A program made the translations under genes and the position numbers. 64,000 nucleotides of DNA, from NCBI RefSeq assembly GCF_964204645.1, contig NC_134027.1:13176485-13240484 (forward strand), given 5' to 3'. Positions within the stretch are counted from its first letter, which is position 1. The number at the start of each line of letters is the position of its first letter. Source of the stretch: Tubulanus polymorphus (lineage: Eukaryota; Animalia; Nemertea). Positions 46,991-61,693 of this stretch are shown here, piece after piece. The notes under the pieces are model-generated. The model was not told the origin of the DNA. It worked only from the letters and a program-made list of their open reading frames with translations, and ran no database searches.

Positions 46991-49112
46991 ATTGGTTATA
47001 AGAAAATTGGGTCCGCAGGAGGAGTTGTGTGTTGAAATTACTCCTGTCCCGAGTTTAGATCCTCAAGAAAATTCAGAGAAGTTGCCAGCACCACTACGAT
47101 GTTCTGGCAGGTCAATGAAGAAACCTGATAATTCAGGTTAATTGGAAAGGGAGGTTGTCTAAAATACTTGAGATGTTGATATCGAGTGAGGAATTTTGTT
47201 AATGCAAATGAATTGTACTCTATTGTAGGTTCTCCCGCTGTTATGAAGTCTAAGATGGTTTTCAATTTTGCTGCCCTATTTTTCTACCGTTTGTTCACTG
47301 GCTGTCGAAATTGATGGATCTACCGCTTCTTCTTATTTGGTGAAACTGGATGTGTATGACAGGGTGTCTGCTCAGGTTTTAATGACAACAACCTGAACAA
47401 ATGCTGACAAGAGCAATGAACAATGGACACTATGACCAGCCTGTCAGCTTTTCATGAAATGGCAAATGATGCATTCTGTGGGCTACATTTGTGAAAATAC
47501 ACTCCCAGCTCAGAGTCTGGGGATAGTTCTAGTTCTCATTTTAAACTCATGATTTTGTATATAAAGACTATGTTAAGTTATTTAATTGCTTTCACTTATT
47601 GCAATCATTTTTCCATGAATTTAGCAATTTTCAAGTCTATTAACGACCATTTTTACTGTAGTACTCCATTTCTGCCTTCATTTTTTTCATTTCCACGTCC
47701 AACTTTTAAATTTTTTTATCAAGACACATACACTGGCGTTGATAAACGTCTTGTTGTGTCAACGCCTTCCGCTTTCTCTCTTTTCGAGCACTTTGTATCC
47801 TCCCTGAAATAAGATGATACCGATATGCATCAAGATTTTGGTAACAGTTTATTGTCTGTTTCCATTAAACCAAAAGATTTAATTTTATCAGATATGGAAA
47901 GTGCAAGTGAATCCTCTAGTACAGGGAGTATACTTTTTTGCATTCGATATTTGTTTTACTTTCAATATATTGTTGCCTCTTATGAAACCAACAGTTGTCC
48001 ACTAAGAACTAACCTGAGATTTTGAAATGAACTACAATATATCTTTGAGCAACTGCCTTAACGAGCCCATACACTTTATTAATTCAAACTAAATAATAAT
48101 CAAGAACTGTCAAGTCATGGGTACTTACTACTGGATTCAAAATGAAAGTTACCTTCGATAGATGAAGATGAATAAGCAACGGGTTCTGATGGTGGCTCGG
48201 TTGCTGTGTCGATTGAGGATTGTTCCATCAGTTGATCAGCTGTGGATGTACTCGGAACGATAAACTGATCATCCACTGATATAATCTGCTTGTCTGCGCT
48301 CAGTCCAAGCATGAGTTTACTCAGATTGATTTCTAAAATAATAAAAAAACAGATCTCAGTCGCAGGAGTCTTTTATACTAATATCCATTATTTTTTTTAT
48401 ATTTTTGTCGCATGTTTACTGACAAATGGAAAAGTTTGTCATGAAAACTATTAATTTGGTAGAATTTGAAATTTAAAAAAAAAGTTTGATCACAGAATGA
48501 ATAATCATTCGTTGGTAATAACTTAAAAGCAATACGATTGATAAATTCCACCAATTCCACAACATTGCAGTTACAATAATTGATCGGGCCTATGATACAT
48601 TTATTCAAAACCATATGTAATCTAGTGCAGAGGAATGGATCAATTAAATGATCTGAAACTGTGGAGGACGGTGTATTAAGGCAAGTCTCATTCCTTGTGA
48701 GGCCTGCGTGCAGTAAAGTAAAAGCTTGCCAAGGACTGATTAGGCCTATATCTAATCATTTGAGCATTCCAATCTACTTTGTTGGACTAATAAAGATGAA
48801 TGAGATGGGTGTGAACACAGCCATGAACTCTTCAAACAGATCATCATGTTAAGTCTAAACCTGCGTGACGTAGACCTAAATAAATAAATAAACCGATACT
48901 TTTGGATTATTTTGATGGTCGGATTGTGGGAAATAATGATTGACTCTGGGCTGGCGTGTGGTTCAATCAAGGAAAGCCAAGGCATGGTGCAGTTGTCAAT
49001 TAATTGGGCATTAGGCCTATAGGTTTGCTTCCTGGTGAACCTATTGCTAACAATTCATTTCCCCCAATAGTGTGACTGTAGTGAACTGATATAAATCTCA
49101 GTATAGTTAACA

Positions 49113-49247
49113 AATAAAAACCCACCGTAGATTTGTAGAAATAGTTTATTTCCTGACGGTTTCGAGCTTAAAACTAAACTTCAGAGTTTTAACCTCAAAA
49201 TAGTTTGGAAATAAACTGTTTCTACAAATCTACGGTGGGTTTTTATT
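49113..49247. repeat. ~40-bp inverted repeat enclosing a degenerate hammerhead (Penelope end relic)
   Basis: AATAAAAACCCACCGTAGATTTGTAGAAA and its reverse complement; minus strand CUGAAG...GCUCGAAACCGUCAGG. Confidence 0.55.
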
Positions 49248-49367
49248 CGTTCTCCAAATAATCTCGACTTTATAAAAGCAATAGTCAAGGACCTAAGATT
49301 AAATTTAGAAATGTATTAGCCTAACATGGTTTGAGCCTATTTTGAGTGAACATTCGCCAATTGATAA

Positions 49368-49670
49368 CTAAGAAAATGAAAACTTACCAACAAGCGAATC
49401 ATCTAGTATCACTGGTGCCTGGCTTTCCACACCACCACTGGGGATACCGTTCCAAGAGGGATTTCCACAGAAGAGTTCTATGATTCTCTCATCCGTCTCT
49501 GAGATATTATTAGGTTGCCGTCCAACTCCTGTCTGTTTGCTATCTTTCGCATGCGTAATTGACTTTTTCTTAGCCCCTGCTTGCATAGTTTTCCATTTTA
49601 ATTTGATATCGTTCACCTCCCTCCGACAAACCCCAATACTATTTACTGCATCAGTAATTCTCCCGTAGTA
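49368..49670 (-). pseudogene. Myb/SANT-like DNA-binding protein fragment (Harbinger-associated type)
   Basis: ITDAVNSIGVCRREVNDIKLKWKTM...KQTGVG. Confidence 0.7.
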
Positions 49671-51414
49671 ATGAAACCGGCCCCTGGTGTAAATGCTAGC
49701 CTGACAGTACAATAACAAGCCGGTTACACCATAAAGTTTCTGACTAACCCAATTATCGAATGATGGAGGCTCTAGGGGGACATATTTACATCAAGGATAT
49801 TGAAAAGAGGGTCTTCAAAATTTCGCTTAAATATTTCCCTTAAAAGGATTGACATGTGCGTATAATAAAATGCTGATTTTTGCAAGCAACAATGGCTGCT
49901 GGTCGGTCATTTTGAATGTAATCTAACCACTTTTCTGGCTGCATATATGTAAGGGGTAGATAAATCTTTAAAATTTCCAGAATAACTGGATTCTATCTAA
50001 GGACAGAGAACGAATGCAAAGTAAAGGGAATAGGGACAACAAATGCTAAGTAAAGGCAATAGCCATCCTGGGATCAGGTTCTGGGCTACAAACACTTCTT
50101 TTTCAGTTCTTCTGCAGTCATGTGGGAGATTCCCCGAGATTACAGTATCGTGGAGTGGCACAGTTTGTGTAGATAATGCGATGCAGGCATTACTTGTAAT
50201 TTTAATGAAGTAAAATCTTGTTTTGAATTCGAACCCCGCAGTGACAGTAATCACAAAAGAGTTCATTAACTAGATCAAACCAAAACTCCATTAGGAGCAG
50301 TCCCAGATCTAGGATGGCTAATTCTAGTCAATTTATCAAAAACCAAATCAAATGAATCACAAACTGTCCTATCGACCCTGATTATTATTGATGCAGACTT
50401 AAGCTGCCAGCATTTATGGACTGCGTCTTCGATCCTTTGTCGCACTACGTCCAGATATTTCAGAGATTTTTTTATATACCTTACTCTTTAAATAGACACA
50501 TAAAAATAGGTGGAAAATAGGAGAGTTAAATGGAAAGCCATTTTGATGCATCATACAAGAAAAGTTGGTAAAATGAAAGTTAGCCAATTTTTTTAGAATT
50601 TATTGAACCTCAGCCATGCACGAAGGGAATGTTGCAATAATTACATGGTGTGGTAAGGATATTCTATAACATACCCTGAATGGAATTTAAGAATTGTTTC
50701 TAGAAAACAAAAGCAGGTGTATCACATTTTCTGAAACACCCTCTTTGTAGTACGAGACTGGTGCGTGAGAGCATTGGCAAGCATATCATCTATATGGCCT
50801 AGAAATGTCAATTGTCTATTGATCCAAGAAATATAAATCATTTATTGATGATGAAAGAAGATTGATAGATTCAACTCAGCAGGAAAATGACTAACCATCC
50901 TTTTCATCAGAATTCATTGCTGTCAGGTGCACTCATCTACACCTTCAAGTGCACTAAACGTACAAGAAAGCTCTCCCCAAAAGGTTGATTTGTAATTTCT
51001 CAAATACACCATAGAAATGAAAGATATATTTATTTTCAACATTATCATAATCAAGATACACGTATAATTATGGTATAAGATTATTGACAGTATTAAATTC
51101 ATGAACTACATGAGCTTTTCCCAATAATGATTAGGCTTATTGTTGGCAATGCACCTAAAGTAAACATATAAATATTATTACTATATCTTATAATATTTAA
51201 TTCTACAGGCTTCGCATGTGTTCCAGACTTAATAAGACATTTGTATTGACAATGAACAAACAAAAGGATTTTAAACATAAGGCATCTTAATCATCGTACA
51301 TGTCCATGCTACAAGTAGATTGGAATCCATTCAAACTTAGCGTATGAGAGAAAATGGATCCCCATAAGATGTATCTTTAGCCAAACCAAATTACCATATT
51401 CTCTTTTATTTTCT

Positions 51415-51497
51415 TCACTTGATTAGTAGTACATAGCCAGCTGTTACAATGCATGACAGTGCCACTGGAATATGTAACCTGGTGCCTATCACAGCAG
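51415..51497 (-). CDS. TMEM167B: Protein kish-B, last coding exon
   Basis: ttccag| then (A)AVIGTRLHIPVALSCIVTAGYVLLIK*; phase matches exon 61562-61693. Confidence 0.9.
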
Positions 51498-52164
51498 CTG
51501 GAAAACGATAAACCGTATTCATTATTTTGTTAACATCATAATTTTAAACAAGACACCCATGAGCTGTGTAGCATTGGTACATCATACTGAAGGAACTGAA
51601 AAATGTCTAAATTGCTATGAAATCAAATAGATATTGCTATCAGATAGATAATGACTCTTCACGATCCTGAAATAGGTATGATTTGATGGGTAGATTTCAT
51701 TTGATCTTTTTATTCGGTGTCCCTAACAAACCCACCACACTTACCGGGAGCAAAACAGGTGGATATTGATTCTAAGGCCCTCGTCAATGTGCCCGTTTTT
51801 TGGACCGTACCCCTCAAGAGATGGGTGAACCCAGCTCTTTCAACAATCCTGCATCCCCCTGTACAGTCATGACAGTGGTCGGCAGAACCATTAAGACAAA
51901 TTGACTTAAAGTCTACTTTAGTTCAATTTGTCTTAAATGAACGATTTCCATTCATGCCGAATATTCAACATGATTTGATTGTGTTCCAAACAACACACAT
52001 CTGCTTTATTGTTTGTTTTATAACTTAAACTCCTCACTTGACAATCTTGCTCCAATCAGGCAAAAAGTGAAACTAAATTTCACTCGATATCAATGGCAGC
52101 CATTTTGATAACTTGTGAAGTGACAACAAATGATACGAAAGAATGAAATTGAAGAAATTAAAAT

Positions 52165-52787
52165 TAGTGGTCCAGGGACACCATGCCCACTTGGGAAGTG
52201 TTTCCAAATGCTCAACAATCTAACAATTTCAATATTCAACGCCCCCTGGTGACCATATACAAAAACCAATGACCTTGAAACTCACTGCAATCATAGAACA
52301 TGTCACGAACTATAACTTTGTAATTGATCATGGTAACAAAATATACCTAGGTACCAATATAATAAGGAAATACTAAGTTATTGACATTTTTGGCCACTAA
52401 AAAAGGTCATATGACAGTCATGGATTGACCCAATTTTTGTTATGCTGATGGGCCCTAGGGGGATTCACATGCAACCGAAAGATCAAGGTAATAGATCAAA
52501 GCGTCTTCAAAATTTCCCTCAGAAACTTCAAAAATGTGTAAAAAGTGTTGATTTTGGCGAACAACAATGGCTGCCAGTCAGCCATCTTGATTCTGGCAGG
52601 GCCAGTATTTGGGCTGAAGATTTGTCTAAGGTAGATACATGTACAACCCAAATATCAAGACATTACATTGAAGCGTCTTCAAAACTTCCCAAAATAACTG
52701 GATTCCGTCTACGGATGGACGGACGCAACGACGGACGAAAAGTGAACGCAATAGCCCACTGGGACTAAAGTCCCAAGTGGGCTAAAA
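52165..52787 (+). mobile_element. Non-autonomous interspersed repeat (Helitron/Helentron-HINE-like 3' end)
   Basis: GGAC-type microsatellite followed by hairpin AGCCCAC..GGGAC-TAAA-GTCCC..GTGGGCT and A-run; related pieces at ~49770-50035 and 62085-62515. Confidence 0.45.
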
Positions 52788-52839
52788 AGAAAGATTTATA
52801 TGTTTAACAACTTGCAATTATCATTTTGTCACCTGTTTC

Positions 52840-53115
52840 TAAAAACATTCTGAAAGGTTCCTGCACCAGCAAGAATACAGTCTTTTTTGACAATTATGCA
52901 AAGGACGGTGCAGAGGTTCAAATGGAGCCTCCATTAACTTCTTCAAAATTACGGAAAGATCCCATGGTGGAACTACTCTCGGTACCCGAGGCCGAGAAAC
53001 ACATAAACCCTGGCAGAAACGCAATGTATGGGAAATTACGGAGCAGTAACCATTAATAGTTACAACCTGCAGGCCTTTTACGATGAATAGATGCAGTAAA
53101 TAAAGGACCATTGGT
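52840..53115 (-). pseudogene. DIRS-type tyrosine recombinase N-terminal fragment
   Basis: KGLQVVTINGYCSVIS...RFCQG....RPRVPRVVPPWDLSVILKKLMEAPFEPL...KTVFLL. Confidence 0.75.
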
Positions 53116-55139
53116 CAAAGTAGGCTCAACTGAGTTAGACATTTTAGTTTTGAGCAAAAAAATCGATTTGTTCTTGGATTTGCAATAACGAACAGCTGAT
53201 AAAGATGAAATTATGGTGCACTTTGTAGCAAGCATGTTAAACTTTGATAATGGTAATGGGAATGGGTTTCCCTATGAGTCACAAGTACGTGGTTGAGAAC
53301 AGTTCTTGATAAAGTCACTGGGAAAGCCCTTCTAGAGGGATTTCCAAGTGATGCCCTTGTGAAGGGCTTTCTCTGTGATGTCATGAAACCAGGACAAGCA
53401 TCGAGTGGTAGAATAGGGGAAAAATTCATTGAAATTTTGCACATTCTCTCCCACCACATCCAAATGGCTTATAGCTGATGGACAAAATATTTCGGGGGGT
53501 TTTGGGGGTCCTCCCCAAGATAATTTTAGAAATTAAAAGCGTTTTCCGAGCACTTAGAAGGATCTTGAACCCATGAACGACATTTATATTTTGGAAGGTA
53601 ATGGCTAGTTCCAATGTGGTACATCCTCATTCGATGACATACAGCATCCCATGCATTCCCATGCATTACAGGTCGAGCCCTGAATTATTGCAGTAAAAAT
53701 GCACCGATGAATGCTCACTAAAAATCATCACCCAGTAGTGTATAATATCGGAAGGCGTTCGTCACACACGCGCGGCAACAGTAAGTAGGCCTATATACAT
53801 TACTACTGTTGCCGTGCGCGCCTGTCTGCAACCGATCGATGAAATACATATGCACTCATCGTAGTACAAATGTAGATACAAAATCACTGTGTTGCAATGA
53901 ATAATATGCATTGAAATGCGATACTTTTACGCGACGATAAGTAAAACAGGCACTGAACGCTTTTATGGGTCACCTGATTACCAATCGCGGCGGACCAATT
54001 GAGTGAGATCATCAACCCCCCATACTTTTACATCATTTTTGGACTATTTGGAAAATTGATATTTTTCAATACCGAAATCCGCAAACCGGATCTGCTGGGA
54101 ATTCTCATCCCTGGTTTACTTCACGACATTTCCCTCTTCTTTTAGGAGATGAGCTATTCCCTCTCTTCTCCACAATCAATTCAAAGTCAATTTCAAGAAT
54201 TTATTGCTCACAAATGCTAACGGGTCAGAGTCCAAGAGTTAACGAGTCCAGTGTTCGCGAGTCCGACAGCTTTACGGGCATTTGTTTATTACCTCTTTTA
54301 TATTGCTGTTTTCTTGTACTGGTTAATTCATTTGGGATCATCCCTATATTCCCCGGGTTATATGTTCCCCAGGTGGTTCTATGTTCCCCGGGTCCAATGT
54401 TCCCCGGGTTCTATATTCCCCCAAGGGAAAAATACTAAAGTTCCATATTCCCTCAATAATAATAAGGTTGACAGGAGGGGTCCATACCTATGCTTTTTAA
54501 TAATATTCCATCAACATACATTAGCTAAAACTCTATAAATTCTATACAGTCAAGGTTGCTTTTAACTTTTTGCAAGAGCGAGAGCTGAATACGATAAGTT
54601 TTAGATGACGATATCGTTCCATCACGGTAATTCTTACAGTAGTTACATCACACTGTAAAAAGTCTTTTAAAGAGCATTTGCCATCAAAAAAGAATATTGT
54701 GTAAAATTCATTTTCAAATGTGATGTATTCACAAGTATCAAATATGGAACTGGTTTGAATTTTAGTTCAGCCATTACTGAGAAATGTGACTTTTCAATCA
54801 GCAATTTCAGCACGTGCTAGCGCGCACGCGTGCTTGTGCTGATTGTCATAGTTAACATCATAAATAGCGCCACCCGCGGGTTGAATATGAACTATACGCA
54901 CGGAGTGAAGGATAAATAGATGACTATTCCGTTAACTATTACGGCAAATTCGTGCTTTTTCAATAAGTCACATCTTCAGGTCGTTATATGTATACTAAAG
55001 TTATTTCTGGTTAAGAAATCACGGAAAGTACAATTTTGATGGCTTTTGCCCTTAAATACTAAACTTTTTTATTGTGATTCATGTGATTCATTTCTTATTT
55101 AATAAAATAAAGATAAAAACGAAGACAGTGGCGATTTTC

Positions 55140-58100
55140 TGTTACAATAACTGAATTGTGTAGCTTAGTTTTGTATACTATGTACAGATGGCAGTACTGT
55201 AGTGAATAAACGGGTAGTCCAAAGGCTGCTGAAGAGAAAAGACACGTTGTTGATTTTGTCGTTACAAATAAAACAGATATCGAAACATGGTGGCAGCGGT
55301 GTCGAAAATTTCTCGTTGGAAATAAATAAGGACAATCAGCTGATGTTGATTAGATATTAAAGAACTGTGGAAGTTTGGTGATTGTTGTGATATTATCGGA
55401 TTTTAATTCACAAAACTGTAAGTTTTTCATCATGTCTCTACCCAGTGGATCATTATTAACGAACAATCAAAGACCTGTCGCAGGCATTAAACCTCCGTCA
55501 GAATTTAAGATCGAAGACTGTGAAAATCTATCTGAATCGTGGACTTTATGGAAACAAGCATGGGGAAATTATTGTATAGTGTCGGACATTGTTTCATACG
55601 ATGCAAGTTACCAATCTGCATTGTTTTTGCATAGCATTGGACCCGAGGCAGTGAAGGTATACAATTCGTTTACTTTCGATAATCCTAATGACAGTAAAAT
55701 AGTCGGAGAAATTATCAAAAAATTTCATGAGTTTACGTCAACCGCGCTTAATGAGACCTACGAGCGCTATATTTTCAATAATTGCGATCAGAAGCCGGAA
55801 GAAAGTTTTGAAACATATCTGTCAGAACTACGTAAATTGGCGCAAATGTGAATGTTTGAAGGACAGTTTGATTCGAGACAAGATAGTACTGGGCATAAGG
55901 AGTGAGGAGACGAGAAGGAAGTTATTAGAATCCAGAGAGTTGGATCTCAAAGAATTCGTCGATATTTGCAGGAGCGCGGAATCAACTTACAAACAGATGA
56001 AAGGGCTTAACCAGACGCCGAGAGCGGAAGCCATTAATCATGTTCACCAGAGGTTCGACCGAGGTCAAAACTACAAAAAACCATCGGGGAAACGATATCC
56101 GACATCATATGGTAAACAGACATAAGGAAAAAATGAAATGAAGAACTGTAGATTTTGCGTGCGTAAACACCCCCCAATGGATAAAACGAAATGTCCCGCG
56201 TATAAACAAGCGTGTAAAAAATGTGGGAAAATAGGACATTTTGCGGTTGTATGTACAAGAAAAAACATCAACGCTGTAAACTATCCTGATCACCGATCTG
56301 AGTCAGATTTCGAGGAAGAGTCGTTGGAAATATGTAAAGTTCAATCCGGTAAAAATGAATCAAAGATATATGCTGAGATGATAATCAACAAGAGACGAGT
56401 TAAATTCCAGGTCGATTCGGGAGCGGTCCCAAATTTGCTAACGATAAGATACGTAAATCAGATAAATACTATGAGAAAAACTTCGAAAACTCTTAGAATG
56501 TGGAACGGAGCAAATACGAAACCTGTAGGCGCTATGCGAATGATTGTGAGAAATCCAAAGAACCAGAAAAAGTATTCAGTCGAATTCATTATCATTAATG
56601 AAAACCTGACACCGATTTTAGGCGCCAAAACAGCGCAGGTGGTGAATCTCATAACGGTGAATGATGAAAACGTTGTAAGAGTGAATGGAGTTAAGAGCGC
56701 GACAGCAAGAGATCTGATCAACGAGTATTCCGATCTATTCAATAGAGAAATTGGTGAACTACCAGGTGAAATAAATCTAAAGCTCAGCAAAGATGCGGTA
56801 CCAGTGGCGATGCCAGTGCGTCATTTCGCACACTCGTTAGTAGATAAAGTCAAATGTAAACTTGATAAACTTGTAGAACAAGATGGTAGTAGATGAGCCA
56901 ACCGAATGTTGTAACAGTCTCGTAATAACTGAGAAGAAAAACTCAGATGACATACGTACATGTCTTGACCCATTGTAGTTGAATCGTTATTTGGTCAGAG
57001 AGCGATATCCTCTACCAACCGTTGAGGACATACTGCCGCAGCTAGCGAAAGTATTCTCGACGCTACATTTAAGACATGGTTTTTGGCATCTGAAACTGAA
57101 CCGGGAATCTAGCCTGCTGACCACGTTTGGTACGCCGTTTGGTAGATACCGATGGAAACGTCTTCCATTTGGCCTAACGGTTAGCAGCGAGATTTTTCAA
57201 AAACATTTGACGTAAGCAATCGAAGGACTAGACGGAATTGCGTGTATCGTAGATGATTTGAACGTATACGGAGTGGGAGATACGTTTGAGCAGGCTCTAA
57301 TCGACCACGATAGAAAATTGAGAGCTTTGTTAGAAGGCTGTCGTGAAAAAGGGATTGCCCTTAACTTACCGAAATTGAATCTGCACAAACGTGAAATAAC
57401 ATTTACAGGTCACATGTTTACCGATAATGGCCATAAAATAGAGCCCGAGAAAATAAAAGCAATTTCAAATATGCCTCCACCAACCGATGTGGCAGGAGTT
57501 CAAAGGTTAAATGGAATGGTGCAGTATCTGGCGAGATTCCTACCTAATTTATCCGAGGTATTAGAACCTATCCGTAGATTGACGAGAGGAAATGTACCGT
57601 GGAATTGGGGCGAGGAACAGAATCGCGCATTCGAGAAAGTGAAAGAAATGGTCTGCGAAGCACCAATTTTGGCATATTTCGATCCGCAGAAAGATATAGT
57701 TTTTCAATGCGATACCTTTAAAAGTGGTTTAGGGGCAACTCTAATGCAGGAAGATCAACCCTGTACATACGCCAGCCGTGCACTCACGGAAACCGAACAG
57801 CGCTATGCACTAATAGAAAAAGAAACTTTGGCAATCGTATATCCGTTAGAAAAGTTTCACCAATACGTATATGGTCGCAAGATTAAAGTTCAGTCAGATC
57901 ATAAATCGATAGAATCGATCGTGCGAAAGCCGTTGTCAAAAGCGCCAAGAAGGCTGCGAAATATGTCGCTACGCATGCAAAAATATGACGTTGAAATTGT
58001 ATATACGCGAGGCAAAAATATGTTTATAGCCGTTACTCTATCGCGAGCTTATCTGACAGACAGAAAAGACGAGCAACAGATGCATGTAGATAACATGGTT

Positions 58101-59779
58101 CGTTATTTGCCGATTAGCCGAGAACGACTCGCGGAAATAAAAACCGAAACCGAGGAGGATCACGTATTACAATTGTTGAAACAAACGATCCTAAAAGGTT
58201 GGCCAGTGGAAAAGAAACTACTGCCCAGCGAACTATCGCCGTATTTTAACCATCGCAACGAGTTGTCTGTTCAAGATGGAATTATCTTTCGTGGCGAACG
58301 CCTGATAATACCGAAATCATTACAAACTTTCATTCGTGACCGAATTCATGCATCACATTTAGGCATCGAATCATGCTTACGTAGAGCTCGAGAGAGTGTT
58401 TACTGGCCGAACATGAATGAACAACTAAAAGACTATATGTCGTCATGCGAAATTTGAGAGAGAGAGACGCAAAAAAGCAAAAAGAAACCATGCAAACGGG
58501 AACCGTATCGCGACCCTGGGAGAAAATAGGTTGTGACCTATTTGAAATAGACGGGGTAAATTACCTGATAACAGTCGACTATGTTAGTAACTACTGGGAG
58601 ATAGACCGATTATACTCCACGAAATCGAACGCGGTCATAAGTAAACTGAAGGCTCATTTGGCAAGATTTGGTATTCCTGATATCTTAGTCAGTGACAATG
58701 GACCTCAGTTCAAAAAACATTTCAAAAAACTTTATGAATAGTCGCGCAAATGGTCAAGCCGAATCAGCAGTGAAAACGGCGAAAAAATTACTGAAAAAAG
58801 CTAAGCGATCCAGTAGCGACCAATATTTAGCGTTGTTGGACTATCGGAATACACCATCACAGAATCTGAGTTCAAGTCCAGTACAACGTATATTTAACCG
58901 TCGAGCGAAAACATTACTACCTATTACAAACAATCTATTGCAACCGAATATTACGTATCCGAATCTGTCAAAGAATAAGCAAAGGCAGGAGAAATATTAC
59001 AACAAAGGTGCGAAAGACCTAAAACTGCTCAACGAGGGAGATAGGGTCTACATCCAACCTCAGACTAGACAAGAACTGTGGAAACCAGCTAAAATCATTT
59101 ATAAACTAGACGATAGATCGTATCTCGTAGAAACCAAAAATGGCGCGAAATTCCGACGAAACAGACAACAGCTGCGCGAAACATGCAACAAAAATGCGTT
59201 AGCGAGTAAAACACCTAACATATCTAAAGTTCCGGAAGATGGCGTACGAACCGAATTCGAAACTACAACTGTAGAAACAACTCCCGCCAGTAACAACGAA
59301 CATAGAATAGAAACGACCGTCAACGAGGAAAATAATACCAACAGCAGACCAGTTAGAAACAGAAAAGAACCAACATATTTAAAGGACTATGTCATGAATT
59401 TATTATCATCAGAGTTATTAGTAGTTAGTGAATAGAATTATAATAGACTTAATAAATATTTAGCAAATAGAAATTGAAATTCAATGATGACAGTTAACTG
59501 GAAAACTTATTCAGCACATGCTCAAATAAAAAAAAAGAATAAAATCTTCAGAACTTGTTGAAATTCTCTATAATCTAAATTTAATTAAGATTGTAATTTT
59601 TAGAATGAACATTAAACTTTGAAGAGGGGATGTTACAATAACTGAATTGTGTAGCTTAGTTTTGTATACTATGTACAGATGGCAGTACTGTAGTGAATAA
59701 ACGGGTAGTCCAAAGGCTGCTGAAGAGTAAAAGACACGTTGTTGATTTTGTCGTAACAAATAAAACAGATATCGAAACA
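55140..59779 (+). mobile_element. Complete Ty3/Gypsy LTR retrotransposon (4.64 kb), coding region disrupted
   Basis: LTRs 55140-55287 and 59631-59779 (TG..CA, 2 differences), 5-bp TSD TTTTC, PBS TGGTGGCAGCGG (tRNA-Leu-like), PPT GAAGAGGGGA. Confidence 0.97.
55432..59400 (+). pseudogene. gag-pol (CCHC knuckle, protease, RT, RNase H, integrase) with multiple stops and frameshifts
   Basis: CKKCGKIGHFAVVC, VDSGA, RLPFGL, VDDL, YASRALTETEQRYA, HLG..C, SDNGPQF. Confidence 0.92.
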
Positions 59780-60145
59780 TTTTCCACAACATGGACTGAC
59801 ATTGGTTGCATTTCAGGTTTGGTAGCCTAGCCCTTTATCATATGAATTCCCGGCGCCAAAATTTGGTGTGTGTGGCCATGGGAACAAAGGACCTCTTAAT
59901 ACATTTTCCATAATCTTCCATGGGGTGAACCAGGGGAATAAAGAACCCTAAATGTATAATTACCCTTAGGGAAACATTGGGCCCAGGAATATAGAACAAG
60001 TTGTATCTACTAGAAAAATATCATCAGTTAATGCTGCAAGTTTTAAATGGCAATGGATTATCAACTACACACATAATGATGACGTTTTATGACCACTTAG
60101 GAATCTTCCATTTTATCAAGGCGTTAGAAACATTAAGTATGGTTA

Positions 60146-60411
60146 AAATCATAACTTTCTGGAGTAAAATTTTTATTTCTGAGGGATACTTACGTGGGGC
60201 ACATGTTAGAAGTTACCTTAGTTTGGGAACTATACCGCTAAACATTTTTTGGAGTACCCACTACGGTATGGTGGCACTGCCACGAGCAAAGTGACTCAAT
60301 TTCTTCCGAAACTCCAGCGCAAAGAACCGAGCGGGGAAGGAGGATTGGAATATCCGGCGCCACACGTAAGTATCCCTGAGAAATATAAATTTTACTCCGG
60401 AAAATTATGAT
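60146..60411. repeat. ~52-bp inverted repeat pair
   Basis: ATCATAACTTTCTGGAGTAAAATTTTTATTTCTGAGGGATACTTACGTGG and its reverse complement at ~60361-60411. Confidence 0.65.
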
Positions 60412-61561
60412 ATTTCCTTCGGGATTCATTACGTGGGGCACATGTAAGAAGGATTAGCCAAGCACCAGGCGGTGAGTAAGGCTCCCAAAAAATGCATAAA
60501 GGCAAAAGCCTTAAAGCGCGTCCAACAAACGTAATAATTCACCCAGCAAATTGCACTAGGACGAAAAAAACCCAAGCTAAACTTGGACTACTAAGGCAAC
60601 AAGAAACAAAATTCTTAATATGGAACTTCCTAAATTTACATGCGTGTATCCGTATGTTTAATCAGCATCTTAATTAAACATTGGTACTCTAGAGATTTAA
60701 GAACAAATGAAAAGGACTGATAACTTATGGATTGAATTCAAATGATAGGAGAAATTTGGCTCGTTACAGACTGAAAATAAGGACGGAAAATATCAAGAAA
60801 AAAATGCATTTTCTCAAATTATATATGGAATCGCATCTTCGTCATGAAGTTTTTGGCAGAATTTCAGAGAATCCATGCTCCAAGTAATCAAAAAGTGATT
60901 GAATCAAGAAGTTTTCATGAAAATCTGTCTATTGCTACGATCACCATATGATGATTCATCATGAATATACATGGTAGTGGGTTTTCCCACTTTCTCAAAT
61001 TGACACTCTCCACGTTCATGATGTGACGATTTCATTTATTTCATACAGTGTGTACGGAGTTTGTTAACGTTAGACAATTTATTTTCGTAAATTGAACAAT
61101 TGACAAGATTCAAATCTCCCTTTCCCAATTTTACTGTTTTCACGGCCGCGACGAACTATGGCAGTCGAATCATTTGCAGTTTCCAAGAAAACTTGAACAA
61201 GGCCTCACGTGAGGCGCACTTCTCTTATACATGCACAGAACAATACACAATACACAATACACTGCAACGAGTATATGTGTCTAGCATGTATGAAGCATGA
61301 ATATACGTAAAAGGGCGTGCGTTCTTTCGAAACGGTAAGGGTAAGAGATTTTATTACTGCATTGAATGTTTTAAAAGTGCTAAAGAGAAACTAAGCCTCA
61401 TTTTTAAGTTATGCTGTACCAAAGCAGGAAAGTTACATATGCGATTACAAAATGGACTTCACTAAAGCGAAAGTCCATAAAAATGCACGATGAAGATATT
61501 TATATGTATATGTGATGAAGTGCCATAAAAATTCTATTAATTAATTTTTTGGAATACATAC

Positions 61562-61693
61562 CTTTATAAAAAACGCCTTGAAACCCTTTCTTCTCAGAAA
61601 AAAGCCAGTTCTTTAGCTTGGGAACAGTTTTCATGTATGCACACGTACATATCATTAACAGTCCAAACACCACTAGTCCATCAAATGAGTAAA
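61562..61693 (-). CDS. TMEM167B: Protein kish-B, internal coding exon
   Basis: ag|(V)[43 protein letters not shown]|gtatgt; first exon not located. Confidence 0.92.

Noticed and set aside
47280-48330. Possible minus-strand exons with AG/GT boundaries
   Set aside because: No recognisable protein and no consistent reading frame established
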